Shown here: positions 37,697-46,711 of the stretch, piece by piece
Position numbering within the stretch: position 1 is the first letter of the stretch
How the letters are laid out: every line of letters starts with the position of its first letter
Program-made: the position numbers and the translations under genes
From: an uncultured Candidatus Saccharibacteria bacterium
GTDB taxonomy: Bacteria; Patescibacteriota; Doudnabacteria; UBA920; O2-02-FULL-48-8
Length of the DNA: 64,000 nucleotides
Reading direction: 5' to 3'
Assembly (NCBI GenBank): GCA_964605735.1
Contig: CAZSDS010000001.1
Location: 406,559-470,558 of the forward strand
Notes under the pieces: generated by a model
Database searches by the model: none
What the model was told of the DNA's origin: nothing
The model's input: only the letters and a program-made list of their open reading frames with translations

Positions 37697-37870
37697 CTAA
37701 GCCCCGATAAACTTCAAGGCCTCGTATACCAAAAAAGCAGGCCAAACAAGAGCCTTCAACAAACCCACAACTCCGCCCAAAAAAGTTGATGAGGCGCCAA
37801 TGTAATATACCGCGGCGCCTATCAAGCCCAGAAAGTAAATTCCACCTGAAGCACCATCTGTTTTTGCCAT
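37697..37870 (-). CDS. Small (57 aa) two-TM membrane protein, below the ORF-track cutoff
   Basis: MAKTDGASGGIYFLGLIGAAVYYIG...LLKALVWPAFLVYEALKFIGA*; hairpin downstream. Confidence 0.7.
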   Translation of the reverse strand: MAKTDGASGGIYFLGLIGAAVYYIGASSTFLGGVVGLLKALVWPAFLVYEALKFIGA

Positions 37871-38088
37871 AATCGTAAAATTAAATTTATTGCTATTTTA
37901 CTGCTTATATTATGAAGCGGGCGGGCTTTTTTGTAAATTAGGCATCGCCTGTGCCCTATTATTGCTGAGGGCTGTACCTGAGCATTAGACTATTCCTTGT
38001 GCTTGACAAATGCTCTGTGGGAGTTATGATAGTTAAGTAGTTATTTAAGTATTTAATTAATAACTGCCAATAAAAGGAGAAATAAAAA

Positions 38089-38721
38089 ATGGACCAAAAG
38101 AACCAAAACGAAGCAGTTACCGATCAGGCGGAAAAAGAACAAAAGATTCAGGAAATGGAAGCACATTACAGGGCCATTCTCAGCCTGGTGGGTGCAGATC
38201 TGGAGGCGGAAGGAATAAATGAAACACCCAAACGGGCAGCTAAGGCGCTTTGGGACATGACCGAAGGTTCCAGGATCAGCCATGAAAACATTGTCAAAAA
38301 ATTCAAGGCAGAGTGCAGGACTGCTGTGTGCCATGACATGGTGATCCTGCAGGGCATTAAGGTTGTAGGACTTTGCGAACACCACACCTTGCCAATCATC
38401 ATGAAAATCACTATTGGATATGTCCCTGACAAACAAATCCTGGGACTGTCCAAAATGACCAGAATAGCCCATCTGTTTGGCAGACGACTGCAGAACCAGG
38501 AAAGGATTGCCCACGAAATTGCGGTGTTCATGGAAGAAATCCTGAACCCACTGGGGGTGGCTGTGACCATAGATGGACACCATCTGTGTTCAATGGCCAG
38601 GGGCGTCCATGATATGGACTCGGTCATGAAAGTCAATGTCATGCATGGCACCTTCAAAGATGATCCTACTGTCCGGTCTGAATTTCTCCTGAGAACCCAA
38701 AACCAAGGAGGTGTACTATGA
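38089..38721 (+). CDS. folE: GTP cyclohydrolase I
   Basis: ETPKR, LCEHH.LP, GLSKM.R, RRLQNQER, HLC..ARG. Confidence 0.93.
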   Translation: MDQKNQNEAVTDQAEKEQKIQEMEAHYRAILSLVGADLEAEGINETPKRAAKALWDMTEGSRISHENIVKKFKAECRTAVCHDMVILQGIKVVGLCEHHTLPIIMKITIGYVPDKQILGLSKMTRIAHLFGRRLQNQERIAHEIAVFMEEILNPLGVAVTIDGHHLCSMARGVHDMDSVMKVNVMHGTFKDDPTVRSEFLLRTQNQGGVL

Positions 38722-39554
38722 ACGCACTTCGTCCATTGAAATCCATTTTTGAAGCAGGCAACGAAGCTGGCGGAATACTGCCTGCTGAACTTGCCGAATG
38801 GTACGGGGGTCAGCTTAGCCTGCCTCTCTCCCCCAAGGATCCCTACGTCATAGGGAACTTTGTCACATCTTTGGATGGAGCCATCTTTCCCACCGAAATC
38901 CTTTTCGGTGATCCATCAGACCGCAGGCTTATGAGCGTGCTCAGAACCTGGGCACAGGCTGTGATTGTCGGGCGGGAAACACTGGATGCAGACCCGCAGG
39001 ACGCAACCTGGCACTACAAAACCACGGCTGCCAAAGAAGACCGGGAAGCTTTTCAAAAGTTTTCTGAAAGCATAAATCACGGCAAGCAGTACAATGTCTT
39101 TGTTTCAAATTCCGGAAAGGGGTTTGATTTTACGCGAGGCGTTTTCGCTGATCCGGATGTGCAAGCTGTGATCGCCACCACTTCCAAGGGCCAGCAGCAG
39201 GCACAGTCAGACCTAACAAAATCTGACGTTGGAAGCAGTGTCCTGATCTGGGATGTTGGCAATGACAGCGTTGACTTGAAGGCTTTGTTGGAGAAGCTGA
39301 AATCCTTGGCCTGTACGCGCGTGCTCTGTGAAGGCGGTGCCAGCCTTTATGGCAGTTTTGAAAAAGCAGGCCTCGTGGATGAACTTTTTCTGGCGAGAAG
39401 GCCGCGGGTTTCCGGCAGTGCCAAAAATTCGATTAGGAAATCTTTTTCCAACAGCGAATACGAAGGCGGCAACAATCCCCTGCTCCAACTGCGTTCATCA
39501 AGAATAGACCAAACAGAATCCATCCTGTTTGAACGATGGGTTTACTCAAAGTAA
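38718..39554 (+). CDS. RibD C-terminal/DHFR-like reductase
   Basis: NFVTSLDGA, LR..A.AVIVG..T, LCEGG..L, GLVDELFL...P; ATGA overlap with folE. Confidence 0.88.
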   Translation: MNALRPLKSIFEAGNEAGGILPAELAEWYGGQLSLPLSPKDPYVIGNFVTSLDGAIFPTEILFGDPSDRRLMSVLRTWAQAVIVGRETLDADPQDATWHYKTTAAKEDREAFQKFSESINHGKQYNVFVSNSGKGFDFTRGVFADPDVQAVIATTSKGQQQAQSDLTKSDVGSSVLIWDVGNDSVDLKALLEKLKSLACTRVLCEGGASLYGSFEKAGLVDELFLARRPRVSGSAKNSIRKSFSNSEYEGGNNPLLQLRSSRIDQTESILFERWVYSK

Positions 39555-39681
39555 ACTCATAAGCCCGAATTCAAGCAATTCGGGTTTTTTCTTTGAAATT
39601 TTTTTAAAAACCCGGGCTCAAAAAAAACACCAGCTTGCTAGCTTGGTGTTTTTTCGTAAAACTAGATACTTGGCCTGAAGA

Positions 39682-40107
39682 CTAGTACTTTATATTACCT
39701 GGTCCCTTTGGAAATGGATTTGGCGCTGGAGGAGGGGGCGGATTCTGCTTGATATCGCCAGGCCCCTGTGGAGTTGGGTTTGGGCCAGGTGGCGGAGGTG
39801 GAGGGTTTTGAATGTCTCCTGGGCCTTGAGGCGGTGGATTAGGTCCCGGCGGAGGATTTTGGATATCGCCCGGACCGTCAGGTAAAGGAGAAGGGTTTGT
39901 TGGATCCTCACCTTGTTCTTCAGAGTCCGCTTCAGTGGATTCTGATTGAACCTCACCGGTTTGGTTTGACTCCTCAGTTTGCGTGGAGTTTTCCTGACCA
40001 TTCGCGTCAGTGTTCTGCTCGCTTGTTGGCTCTGGTCGGAAAAGCAACAATACCGCGACTATTACGATAAGCGCAATTATTGCTGTGATTATGTTTCGCT
40101 TGTCCAT
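39682..40107 (-). CDS. Membrane-anchored Pro-rich repeat protein
   Basis: N-terminal TM; four GPG(D/N)I(Q/K) repeat units. Confidence 0.7.
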   Translation of the reverse strand: MDKRNIITAIIALIVIVAVLLLFRPEPTSEQNTDANGQENSTQTEESNQTGEVQSESTEADSEEQGEDPTNPSPLPDGPGDIQNPPPGPNPPPQGPGDIQNPPPPPPGPNPTPQGPGDIKQNPPPPPAPNPFPKGPGNIKY

Positions 40108-40211
40108 ATGTATGGCTTAATTTTTATTGTGGGTATTATAACACAAGCGGGAGCTATAACCTGCCCTGCAAATACCCACCAGCCATACTTGGGCGATTGT
40201 TACGGGGGTTT

Positions 40212-40772
40212 TTATGGTTGGAACAATTCTTCAGGGATAAAACGGACCTCGGACACTTCTGGAAATTGTTTTGCCGTGGCTTCAATTTGGAACCAAAGGA
40301 TGGTTACCCGAGCAGACCCGCCCACGCTTTTGTTTTGTGGATCTGAAAATTCCAAAGTTAAAACCTTATCTTTAAGGTCAGCTGACTTTAACTCAAAACC
40401 GGATAACGGGAATTCTGTAGTGATACCCTGAGCCCTTTCCTCCTGGGTAAGATTGCCTTCCAGCAACAACTTTATTGTGTCTTGAATAGGAGTTATTGTA
40501 ATTGGAATCTGCCGATCAACAGCCACCAACCCTTGCCTGGAAGCCAAAATGTTCCCGCTTTCATCCTTATCTTTTTCAGGGTTGTAGTAGTATAATTTGA
40601 CTGCCCTCTCTTCCTCTTCGACCATTTCTGGCAACCTCTCCTCCTCAGTGTTTTGCGGATTTTCTCCTGACTGTTGGCTTGGTCCATCCTCGCCAACAAA
40701 CCTCATGACCAACAATCCTGCCAAAACTAGCAGAATGATTGCCAAGAATGCTTTGATTTGATTCGATAACAT
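40212..40772 (-). CDS. GerMN-domain protein
   Basis: VKLYYY...LL.G...E...G..TEFP...GGS.RV...QIE.TAKQF..V. Confidence 0.85.
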   Translation of the reverse strand: MLSNQIKAFLAIILLVLAGLLVMRFVGEDGPSQQSGENPQNTEEERLPEMVEEEERAVKLYYYNPEKDKDESGNILASRQGLVAVDRQIPITITPIQDTIKLLLEGNLTQEERAQGITTEFPLSGFELKSADLKDKVLTLEFSDPQNKSVGGSARVTILWFQIEATAKQFPEVSEVRFIPEELFQP

Positions 40773-40923
40773 AAATAATTTATTAATTAATAATGTGTCA
40801 ACTGCCAAATTTTAAAAATTATTTGAGGCAAGCAGACTACTAATGGGAATATTCTCATATATCGAAGTTAATTGCAAAAAACAAAAAAACACCCTGAGTG
40901 GGTGTTAATTTGTTTGGACAGTT

Positions 40924-41430
40924 CTAGTTAAAGACTTCGAAAGTCTCGGAACCTGTGCGCTCCAGAACATCCTGGCCGTTTGAAGCGACGTTGGAGTCCA
41001 GAGTGTTGCCTAAAGCGTGATCAAAGTTGACTACAGACTGCCCCGCCTGCTTGGCGGTTAGGTTTACAGTCATGAGCACACCCTGGCCATTAAAAGAGGT
41101 TCCCAAAGGTGCAAGCTGTGCGAACATTATTGTTCCATTAGCATTGTCGACCTTAGAGTAAACTGTCATGCCCAAGAGGTTGCGATCAGAAATCTGCGCT
41201 GAGAACATTTCTGGGTCAAAATGCATCGCGAAGATGTCGACCCCTTCTATGTTTGCACCATAGGTGTCCAGATAGACATCCATGCTGATCGTCTCGCCGA
41301 CCTGAACCGAGTTTTGGGAAGGAAACAGGTCCAACGAAACGCCTTGGGAAACACCTTGGCTTGTTGCAGCCGAAGCTGTAAACACGTTGGAAACCAGAAC
41401 CAGCCCAAATACCATTGCCATAGTTTTCAT
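40924..41430 (-). CDS. Secreted cohesin-like domain protein
   Basis: L.PS...V.VGET...DVYLDT...GVD...FDP...G.G.L..V...AK..G. Confidence 0.75.
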   Translation of the reverse strand: MKTMAMVFGLVLVSNVFTASAATSQGVSQGVSLDLFPSQNSVQVGETISMDVYLDTYGANIEGVDIFAMHFDPEMFSAQISDRNLLGMTVYSKVDNANGTIMFAQLAPLGTSFNGQGVLMTVNLTAKQAGQSVVNFDHALGNTLDSNVASNGQDVLERTGSETFEVFN

Positions 41431-41535
41431 GGTATTTTGCGTTAATTGCTTAGGTTTTGTTTGATAGCAAAATATACATGAAACTGGGCATAAAGTCAAG
41501 TTAATATTTTATACGATTTCAATATGATGCGCCTG

Positions 41536-42384
41536 CTAATGCGCCCACAAACCAGAACTGGCAGTCATGCCTGACATTTCTCCATGAGCTGTCACTTCAT
41601 GTTGGCCAATGCTGTTCGGCAATTGAACGTTGAGGGAAAATTCACCGTTTGAATCAGTTTTAGTACGGCCAGTTTCCATACCATCCACCCTGACTACAAT
41701 ATCTTCCTGGTAGCCAAATTGTCTGCCAGTGACGTTTACACTGCTGTTGGCCGGAAGGTAATAACTTCCAAGGATGATGTATGCCTGTGATGATGAAACG
41801 CTCACGACCACATCTCTACTGATGCCTGTGACATCACCTGCGATATGATAGGTTTTATTTGTTGGCGCGAAAGGTGTGTTTATTTGGGCGGTCATGAAGT
41901 TCCCGCTGGCGTCAGCTGTGGTGGAGGTAACTATGTTTCCGTTGAGCGTGACATTAATTCCTTCATTTGGTAAAAATCCAGACCCTTGAAAACTGACAGG
42001 CCCGCCAGGCAGGACAAAGTACGAACTTGGAACCACGTTTGGGTAGAACGTCCCAACGCTTAACTGCACCGAAGCCGAGTTGCCCATATTGCCTGCAACC
42101 GTCACGTTTTGGCTTGAATTAATCAAACTTACAGGCACCGTGATGGATGGAGAGGTAAATTCTCCGGCGGAGTTGGCAGTGGCGGATACTTGTTGGTCAG
42201 CAAGGGACACTGTCACAGTCTCGTCAGGGGCAAACATAAACCCCGAGACCGTAAAGCTCTGGCCTGGAAGCAAATAGTAACTGGATAAGATTACATATTC
42301 ACTTTGGGCGCTGGTTATTGGAGCGCTTGCATAGACGCCAAAGACCAAAGCGACTGCAAGAAGAAACGTAAGTATAGATTTCAT
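41536..42384 (-). CDS. Secreted protein with three Ig-like repeats
   Basis: Signal peptide; repeated SYY.LPG...G..F...E units. Confidence 0.75.
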   Translation of the reverse strand: MKSILTFLLAVALVFGVYASAPITSAQSEYVILSSYYLLPGQSFTVSGFMFAPDETVTVSLADQQVSATANSAGEFTSPSITVPVSLINSSQNVTVAGNMGNSASVQLSVGTFYPNVVPSSYFVLPGGPVSFQGSGFLPNEGINVTLNGNIVTSTTADASGNFMTAQINTPFAPTNKTYHIAGDVTGISRDVVVSVSSSQAYIILGSYYLPANSSVNVTGRQFGYQEDIVVRVDGMETGRTKTDSNGEFSLNVQLPNSIGQHEVTAHGEMSGMTASSGLWAH

Positions 42385-42553
42385 AATAATTATTTTAATT
42401 ATATTCCGGTTTATTTTACTCTCTCGCTCTTGCGAGTAAATCCGCTTATGTTCACAAAAATATGGTGGCGTCCTGTCCGTACGGGACGAAAATAACCGAA
42501 CCAATGTTTATTGGCAAACAAAAAGCACTAGCTTTCGCTAATGCATTTTGTTA

Positions 42554-42632
42554 TGGGGTGACATATGGGATTTGCACCCACGATCTCCTCTTCCACAGAG
42601 AGGCGCTTTGGACTAACTAAGCTAATGTCACC
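42554..42632 (-). tRNA. tRNA-His(GUG)
   Basis: 8 bp acceptor stem with G-1:C73; anticodon arm CCTCT-CTGTGGA-AGAGG; encoded CCA. Confidence 0.93.
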
Positions 42633-42636
42633 ATAC

Positions 42637-43104
42637 CTATAGGGTTTTTCCGTTGTGTATTAAATAATGACAGTTCCTGCACAGCCACATCAAATTCTTA
42701 ATATCATTATTTCTGCGATTATGGTCAATGTGGTGTACTACCAAAACCCTTTTATCGTATATACCGCATTGCATACACACAATGTTCACACTTTGCTTTA
42801 CCATTATCTTGCGATAAACGTTCTCGCCATGTTTCCAGTTGCTATGCAAACTGCCACTGTAAAACTTGTTTCGCCAAACAGCTTGACAGGACTTCGAACA
42901 AAAAACGTGTCCGCTTTTGGAATGCCTTATTTCTCGGGGTTGTTTCCAAACAATTTTCTGACAGTTACCACAAGGAAGATATTTTCCGGTTTTCTGGGAA
43001 TTATACTGACATGCCCTGGAACAATATTTCCCCCAACCAATTTTCAAATGGCGGGGTTTTGCATAAAACCCTGATCCGCAGATTTTACAATTAACATAAG
43101 GCAT
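42637..43104 (-). CDS. HNH endonuclease with N-terminal Cys-rich (treble-clef-like) repeats
   Basis: CxxC...YCSRAC, CxxC...FCSKSC, CMQCG...VHHID.NR.NN...NL..LC.NCH..IH. Confidence 0.88.
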   Translation of the reverse strand: MPYVNCKICGSGFYAKPRHLKIGWGKYCSRACQYNSQKTGKYLPCGNCQKIVWKQPREIRHSKSGHVFCSKSCQAVWRNKFYSGSLHSNWKHGENVYRKIMVKQSVNIVCMQCGIYDKRVLVVHHIDHNRRNNDIKNLMWLCRNCHYLIHNGKTL

Positions 43105-43154
43105 ATGAAAATTGTAAAAACGAAAAATTAACTTGAAAAGAGCTTGGCTGTGGA

Positions 43155-43457
43155 TTATACAATCGTATTCAGTACTATAAAGATTGCGGTATACAGCGCC
43201 AGCCATCCAACAGTATACAAGAACAGTTTGACAGCTTCCACTTTCTGACCGTTCAGGTACATCATCAACGGCCTGCCCAAAACCAGGGAACTGGTAATTG
43301 TCGCTGACAGGACGAACAGCATAAGCATCATCATCGGAACCAGGATTGTTTCTTTTTCACCAAGAAACTTCTCGGCGTTGAAAATGCCTAAGACCACCAA
43401 ACAGATGTACGCTACTGTACCCAATGCGTTCAAAAAACTGATACGCGTTAGATTCAT
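43155..43457 (-). CDS. Small three-TM hypothetical protein
   Basis: Hydrophobic ORF directly downstream of tRNA-Arg. Confidence 0.75.
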   Translation of the reverse strand: MNLTRISFLNALGTVAYICLVVLGIFNAEKFLGEKETILVPMMMLMLFVLSATITSSLVLGRPLMMYLNGQKVEAVKLFLYTVGWLALYTAIFIVLNTIV

Positions 43458-43479
43458 ATTTTTATATTAATTGGTTCAT

Positions 43480-43554
43480 TGGTGCCCTCGGAGGGAATCG
43501 AACCCCCATCAAGACCTTAGAAGAGTCCTGCTTTATCCATTAAGCTACAAGGGC
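43480..43554 (-). tRNA. tRNA-Arg(UCU)
   Basis: GCCCTTG...CGAGGGC-A-CCA; anticodon loop CTTCTAA; GGTTCGATTCC T-arm. Confidence 0.95.
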
Positions 43555-43836
43555 GCACTTTGTGACTATTTAGGAACTGATCGCCCAAAACTTACCCTTA
43601 TTCTGTGCTTTTTTTGGGCAAGATACAAATCCTGTCGATTTTTGTAAGGCATGTTAGAGAAAATTAATTCTAACTCTACTCAACAAAAAATCCCACACAG
43701 GGATGTTTTTATCTACTACGCAAGTGCTGTGTCAAATGCGTCTGTATTGCGAACGATGCAACAATTATACTCCATTTGGCTGCAAAAGTCAAAAAAATAG
43801 AAAGCTCGCGTTATTTCCCAATTCCCTATACAATAT

Positions 43837-44589
43837 ATGAGTATGAATACTGAACTAACCTACACATTGGTCTCCGTAGTCGCTGTCAGCCTCATCTCTT
43901 TAATTGGACTATTCCTCATTTCCCTTCGTTCGAACATAGGCCGCCGGGTTTTTGCTTTTCTGGTCAGCTTTTCTGCCGGTGCCCTCTTGGGCGATGTCTT
44001 CATTCACCTGCTCCCGGAGCTTGCTGAAGAAAACAACCTTGAACTGCAGACCTCGCTATACATCCTCGGCACAATTTTTGCCTTTTTCCTGCTGGAAAAA
44101 TATTTACACTGGCACCATCATCACGGCGAGGGCGCGGAAAACGAACACTCCACCCATCCCTTCGTTTACAACATCCTTATTGGTGATTCAATCCATAATT
44201 TCATTGATGGCATGGTTATTGCAGGAGCATACATGCTCGACATCCGGCTCGGCATCGCCACCACAGTGGCAGTGGTCCTTCACGAAATCCCCCAGGAGAC
44301 CGGCGACTTCGGTGTCCTGGTGTACGGCGGCTACACAAAAACCAAAGCCCTGATATACAACCTGATCTCAGCAGTGAGCTCAATCGCCGGGGCAATCCTC
44401 GCCTTCGCTCTGGGGAACGCAGAGACAATCCTCCCTGCCCTGATTTCCATCGGCATCGGCTCATTCATCTATATTTCTCTTGCCGACTTGATCCCCCAGA
44501 TTCACAAAGAACACACCAGAACAGGCATTCAACTGATAGCCTTCGTTCTCGGAATTGGCTCAATGCTCCTGCTCTTGTTTTTCGAATAA
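43837..44589 (+). CDS. ZIP-family metal transporter
   Basis: HLLPE, His-rich loop, HNFIDG, HEIPQE.GDF. Confidence 0.95.
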   Translation: MSMNTELTYTLVSVVAVSLISLIGLFLISLRSNIGRRVFAFLVSFSAGALLGDVFIHLLPELAEENNLELQTSLYILGTIFAFFLLEKYLHWHHHHGEGAENEHSTHPFVYNILIGDSIHNFIDGMVIAGAYMLDIRLGIATTVAVVLHEIPQETGDFGVLVYGGYTKTKALIYNLISAVSSIAGAILAFALGNAETILPALISIGIGSFIYISLADLIPQIHKEHTRTGIQLIAFVLGIGSMLLLLFFE

Positions 44590-44632
44590 ATCTACACAAT
44601 ACGATACCTGAATATACGCCAAAACACTCTCC

Positions 44633-45163
44633 TTACGGGAGAGTGTTTTTATTTCTTTTAACCAACGGCCAAATGACGAGATAAATCGCAGCTAACAAAC
44701 CATAATTGATGGCCATAAAAACCGGATGCGCCCACGGCACACCGTTAACTTCCACTCCAGAAAGCGGATATAGGAAAGGCGTTGGGAAAAACTCGGTTGA
44801 ATGGGAAAAAATATCTATACATATATGCAACGCCCAACCAAGCAACAACCAAGGAAATTTTTTGCGAGCCGCCCAAATGAGCAAAACAACAACTGCCCAG
44901 ATCACCAAACTGTGGGTTAAGTTATACATCTGATCAGTTAAGCCGGCAAGCGGTATGCTTTCAAATTCCGGCCGACCATCAACCCACCTGCCTTCACCAA
45001 TAAGCAATCGATAAAGGGTTAAGATAAAAATCGGGGTGAACGAGGCAAAATCAGGCAAAACGCCAAAAACCACTCCCCACCAAATAGTTTTCTTGCTGTT
45101 CTTGGTTTGGGGAATGACGCGATACATCACATTTGTCCAAAGCCCATGCGCAAACACATCCAT
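44633..45163 (-). CDS. Membrane-bound metal-dependent hydrolase (YdjM-like)
   Basis: MD..AH, LPD, THSL, HI..D, LYPLS. Confidence 0.8.
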   Translation of the reverse strand: MDVFAHGLWTNVMYRVIPQTKNSKKTIWWGVVFGVLPDFASFTPIFILTLYRLLIGEGRWVDGRPEFESIPLAGLTDQMYNLTHSLVIWAVVVLLIWAARKKFPWLLLGWALHICIDIFSHSTEFFPTPFLYPLSGVEVNGVPWAHPVFMAINYGLLAAIYLVIWPLVKRNKNTLP

Positions 45164-45218
45164 ACAATTTACATTCTCCTGACTATTCGAATAAAATTCA
45201 TTAAGTTAATATGTATAT

Positions 45219-45848
45219 ATGATACCACTCTCTGATGAAACAAGGCCAAACCGCACGCCGTTAGTTACTTACCTGCTCCTTGCGGCAAATATTGTGATAT
45301 ATTTTATGGCAACGGAAGCAGACATAGACCTTTACGGCCTGCATGCCGGTGATCTTCTGGCCGGGACAAACTTTTTGAACGTAATCACTTCCATGTTTTT
45401 ACACGGCAGTTTACTGCATGTGATTTTCAATATCTGGTCGCTTTGGATTTTTGGCGACAACGTGGAAGATGATTTAGGACATATAAAATATCTGGTACTC
45501 TACTTGGTTTCAGGCGTGGTCGGCGGATACTTGTTTGCATTGTTTGCTGAACCAGAGGCAATTGCCATTGGCGCGTCCGGTGCAATTTCAGGAGTGATGG
45601 GGGCTTACTTGATTTTACATCCTAGAAACCGTGTACTGGCTTTAATCCCGCTGGGGTTCTTCATCACCACAGCGCGCATCAGCGCGCCCGTATTTATTGG
45701 CCTGTGGTTCTTGCTGCAGTTTATAGGGTTTACCGCCGCAACTGAAACAGGAATCGCCTACTCTGCGCATATAGGCGGCTTCCTTGCTGGCCTTATTCTT
45801 GCCTGGTTGCTCAAACCAAGCAGGCCAAAAGTTGAAGTCGTGCAATAA
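45219..45848 (+). CDS. Rhomboid intramembrane serine protease
   Basis: SMFLHG..H...N, GASGA, AHIGG. Confidence 0.95.
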   Translation: MIPLSDETRPNRTPLVTYLLLAANIVIYFMATEADIDLYGLHAGDLLAGTNFLNVITSMFLHGSLLHVIFNIWSLWIFGDNVEDDLGHIKYLVLYLVSGVVGGYLFALFAEPEAIAIGASGAISGVMGAYLILHPRNRVLALIPLGFFITTARISAPVFIGLWFLLQFIGFTAATETGIAYSAHIGGFLAGLILAWLLKPSRPKVEVVQ

Positions 45849-45874
45849 AAAACACTGGAACTGACCAGTGTTTT

Positions 45875-46711
45875 TTATTTGGGTTCTGTTTTATACAACT
45901 TAATCCAATCTTCTACTGACAAATCTTCTGCGCGGGACTTGGGGTCAATGCCGTTTTTTTGCAACCATTCAGAAACTGTTTTTGCATCCAGTTTCAAACC
46001 ATTCGCCAAGTTGTTGTGAAGCTGTTTTCTTTTTGACGAAAAACCAATTTTCACAATCCTAAAAAACGCCTTTTTATCCGCAACATTGTATTTATCATGC
46101 GGCGTAATTTTCAAAACAACGGAATCCACCTTCGGCGATGGCCAAAAGCTTCTCTTGTCAACGTGGGCAATAATTTCAGGACTTGAATACAACTGGACTG
46201 ATACGGCGAGCAAAGACATGTCTCCCAGTTTTGCCGTTACCCGTTCCCCTACTTCCTTCTGAACCAAAAACACCATCAGTTCAGGCTTGTTCTCCAGCTC
46301 CAGAAAAAACTGAAACAGATGCGAAGTCAGGTAATATGGAATGTTGGCCACAACCTTGTAAGGAGTTTTTATCTCCCTGCCCACGTTAAACCGCAATACG
46401 TCCTGGTTGTAAACTTTTACATTTTTACATTCCTTCAGGTTCAAATCCAAAATATCCAGCATGGTACGGTCCTTTTCTATTGCAATGACGTTTCCAGCGC
46501 GCTGTGCCAGCTGCTGAGTGAGCACTCCTAAACCCGGCCCTACTTCCAACACCGTATCCGTCTTTTTCAATTCCGCGGCCTCAACAATGTCTGCCAGCGC
46601 AATTTCGTCCACCAAAAAATTCTGACCCAAGTAATCCTTAGGCTTGATTTGATAATGCCGGAACAAGTCCTTGATAAAGGTTGGTTGGGTTAGCTGGTTC
46701 ATATTATCCAT
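45875..46711 (-). CDS. rsmA: 16S rRNA dimethyltransferase RsmA/KsgA
   Basis: LGQNFL, EVGPGLG.LT, VANIPY, P.PKVDS, F..KRK. Confidence 0.96.
   Translation of the reverse strand: MDNMNQLTQPTFIKDLFRHYQIKPKDYLGQNFLVDEIALADIVEAAELKKTDTVLEVGPGLGVLTQQLAQRAGNVIAIEKDRTMLDILDLNLKECKNVKVYNQDVLRFNVGREIKTPYKVVANIPYYLTSHLFQFFLELENKPELMVFLVQKEVGERVTAKLGDMSLLAVSVQLYSSPEIIAHVDKRSFWPSPKVDSVVLKITPHDKYNVADKKAFFRIVKIGFSSKRKQLHNNLANGLKLDAKTVSEWLQKNGIDPKSRAEDLSVEDWIKLYKTEPK

Noticed and set aside
37930-38088. preQ1 or THF riboswitch upstream of folE
   Set aside because: Only an AT-rich hairpin after the promoter; no recognisable aptamer consensus
39690-39900. CRISPR-like array
   Set aside because: The repeats are degenerate codon-level repeats of a Pro-rich protein; no spacers or cas genes
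42554-43104. Group I intron in tRNA-His encoding the HNH
   Set aside because: The tRNA is uninterrupted, the HNH lies outside it, and no intron core was recognised
43740-43770. Zur/metal-regulator box upstream of the ZIP transporter
   Set aside because: Palindrome too weak to support
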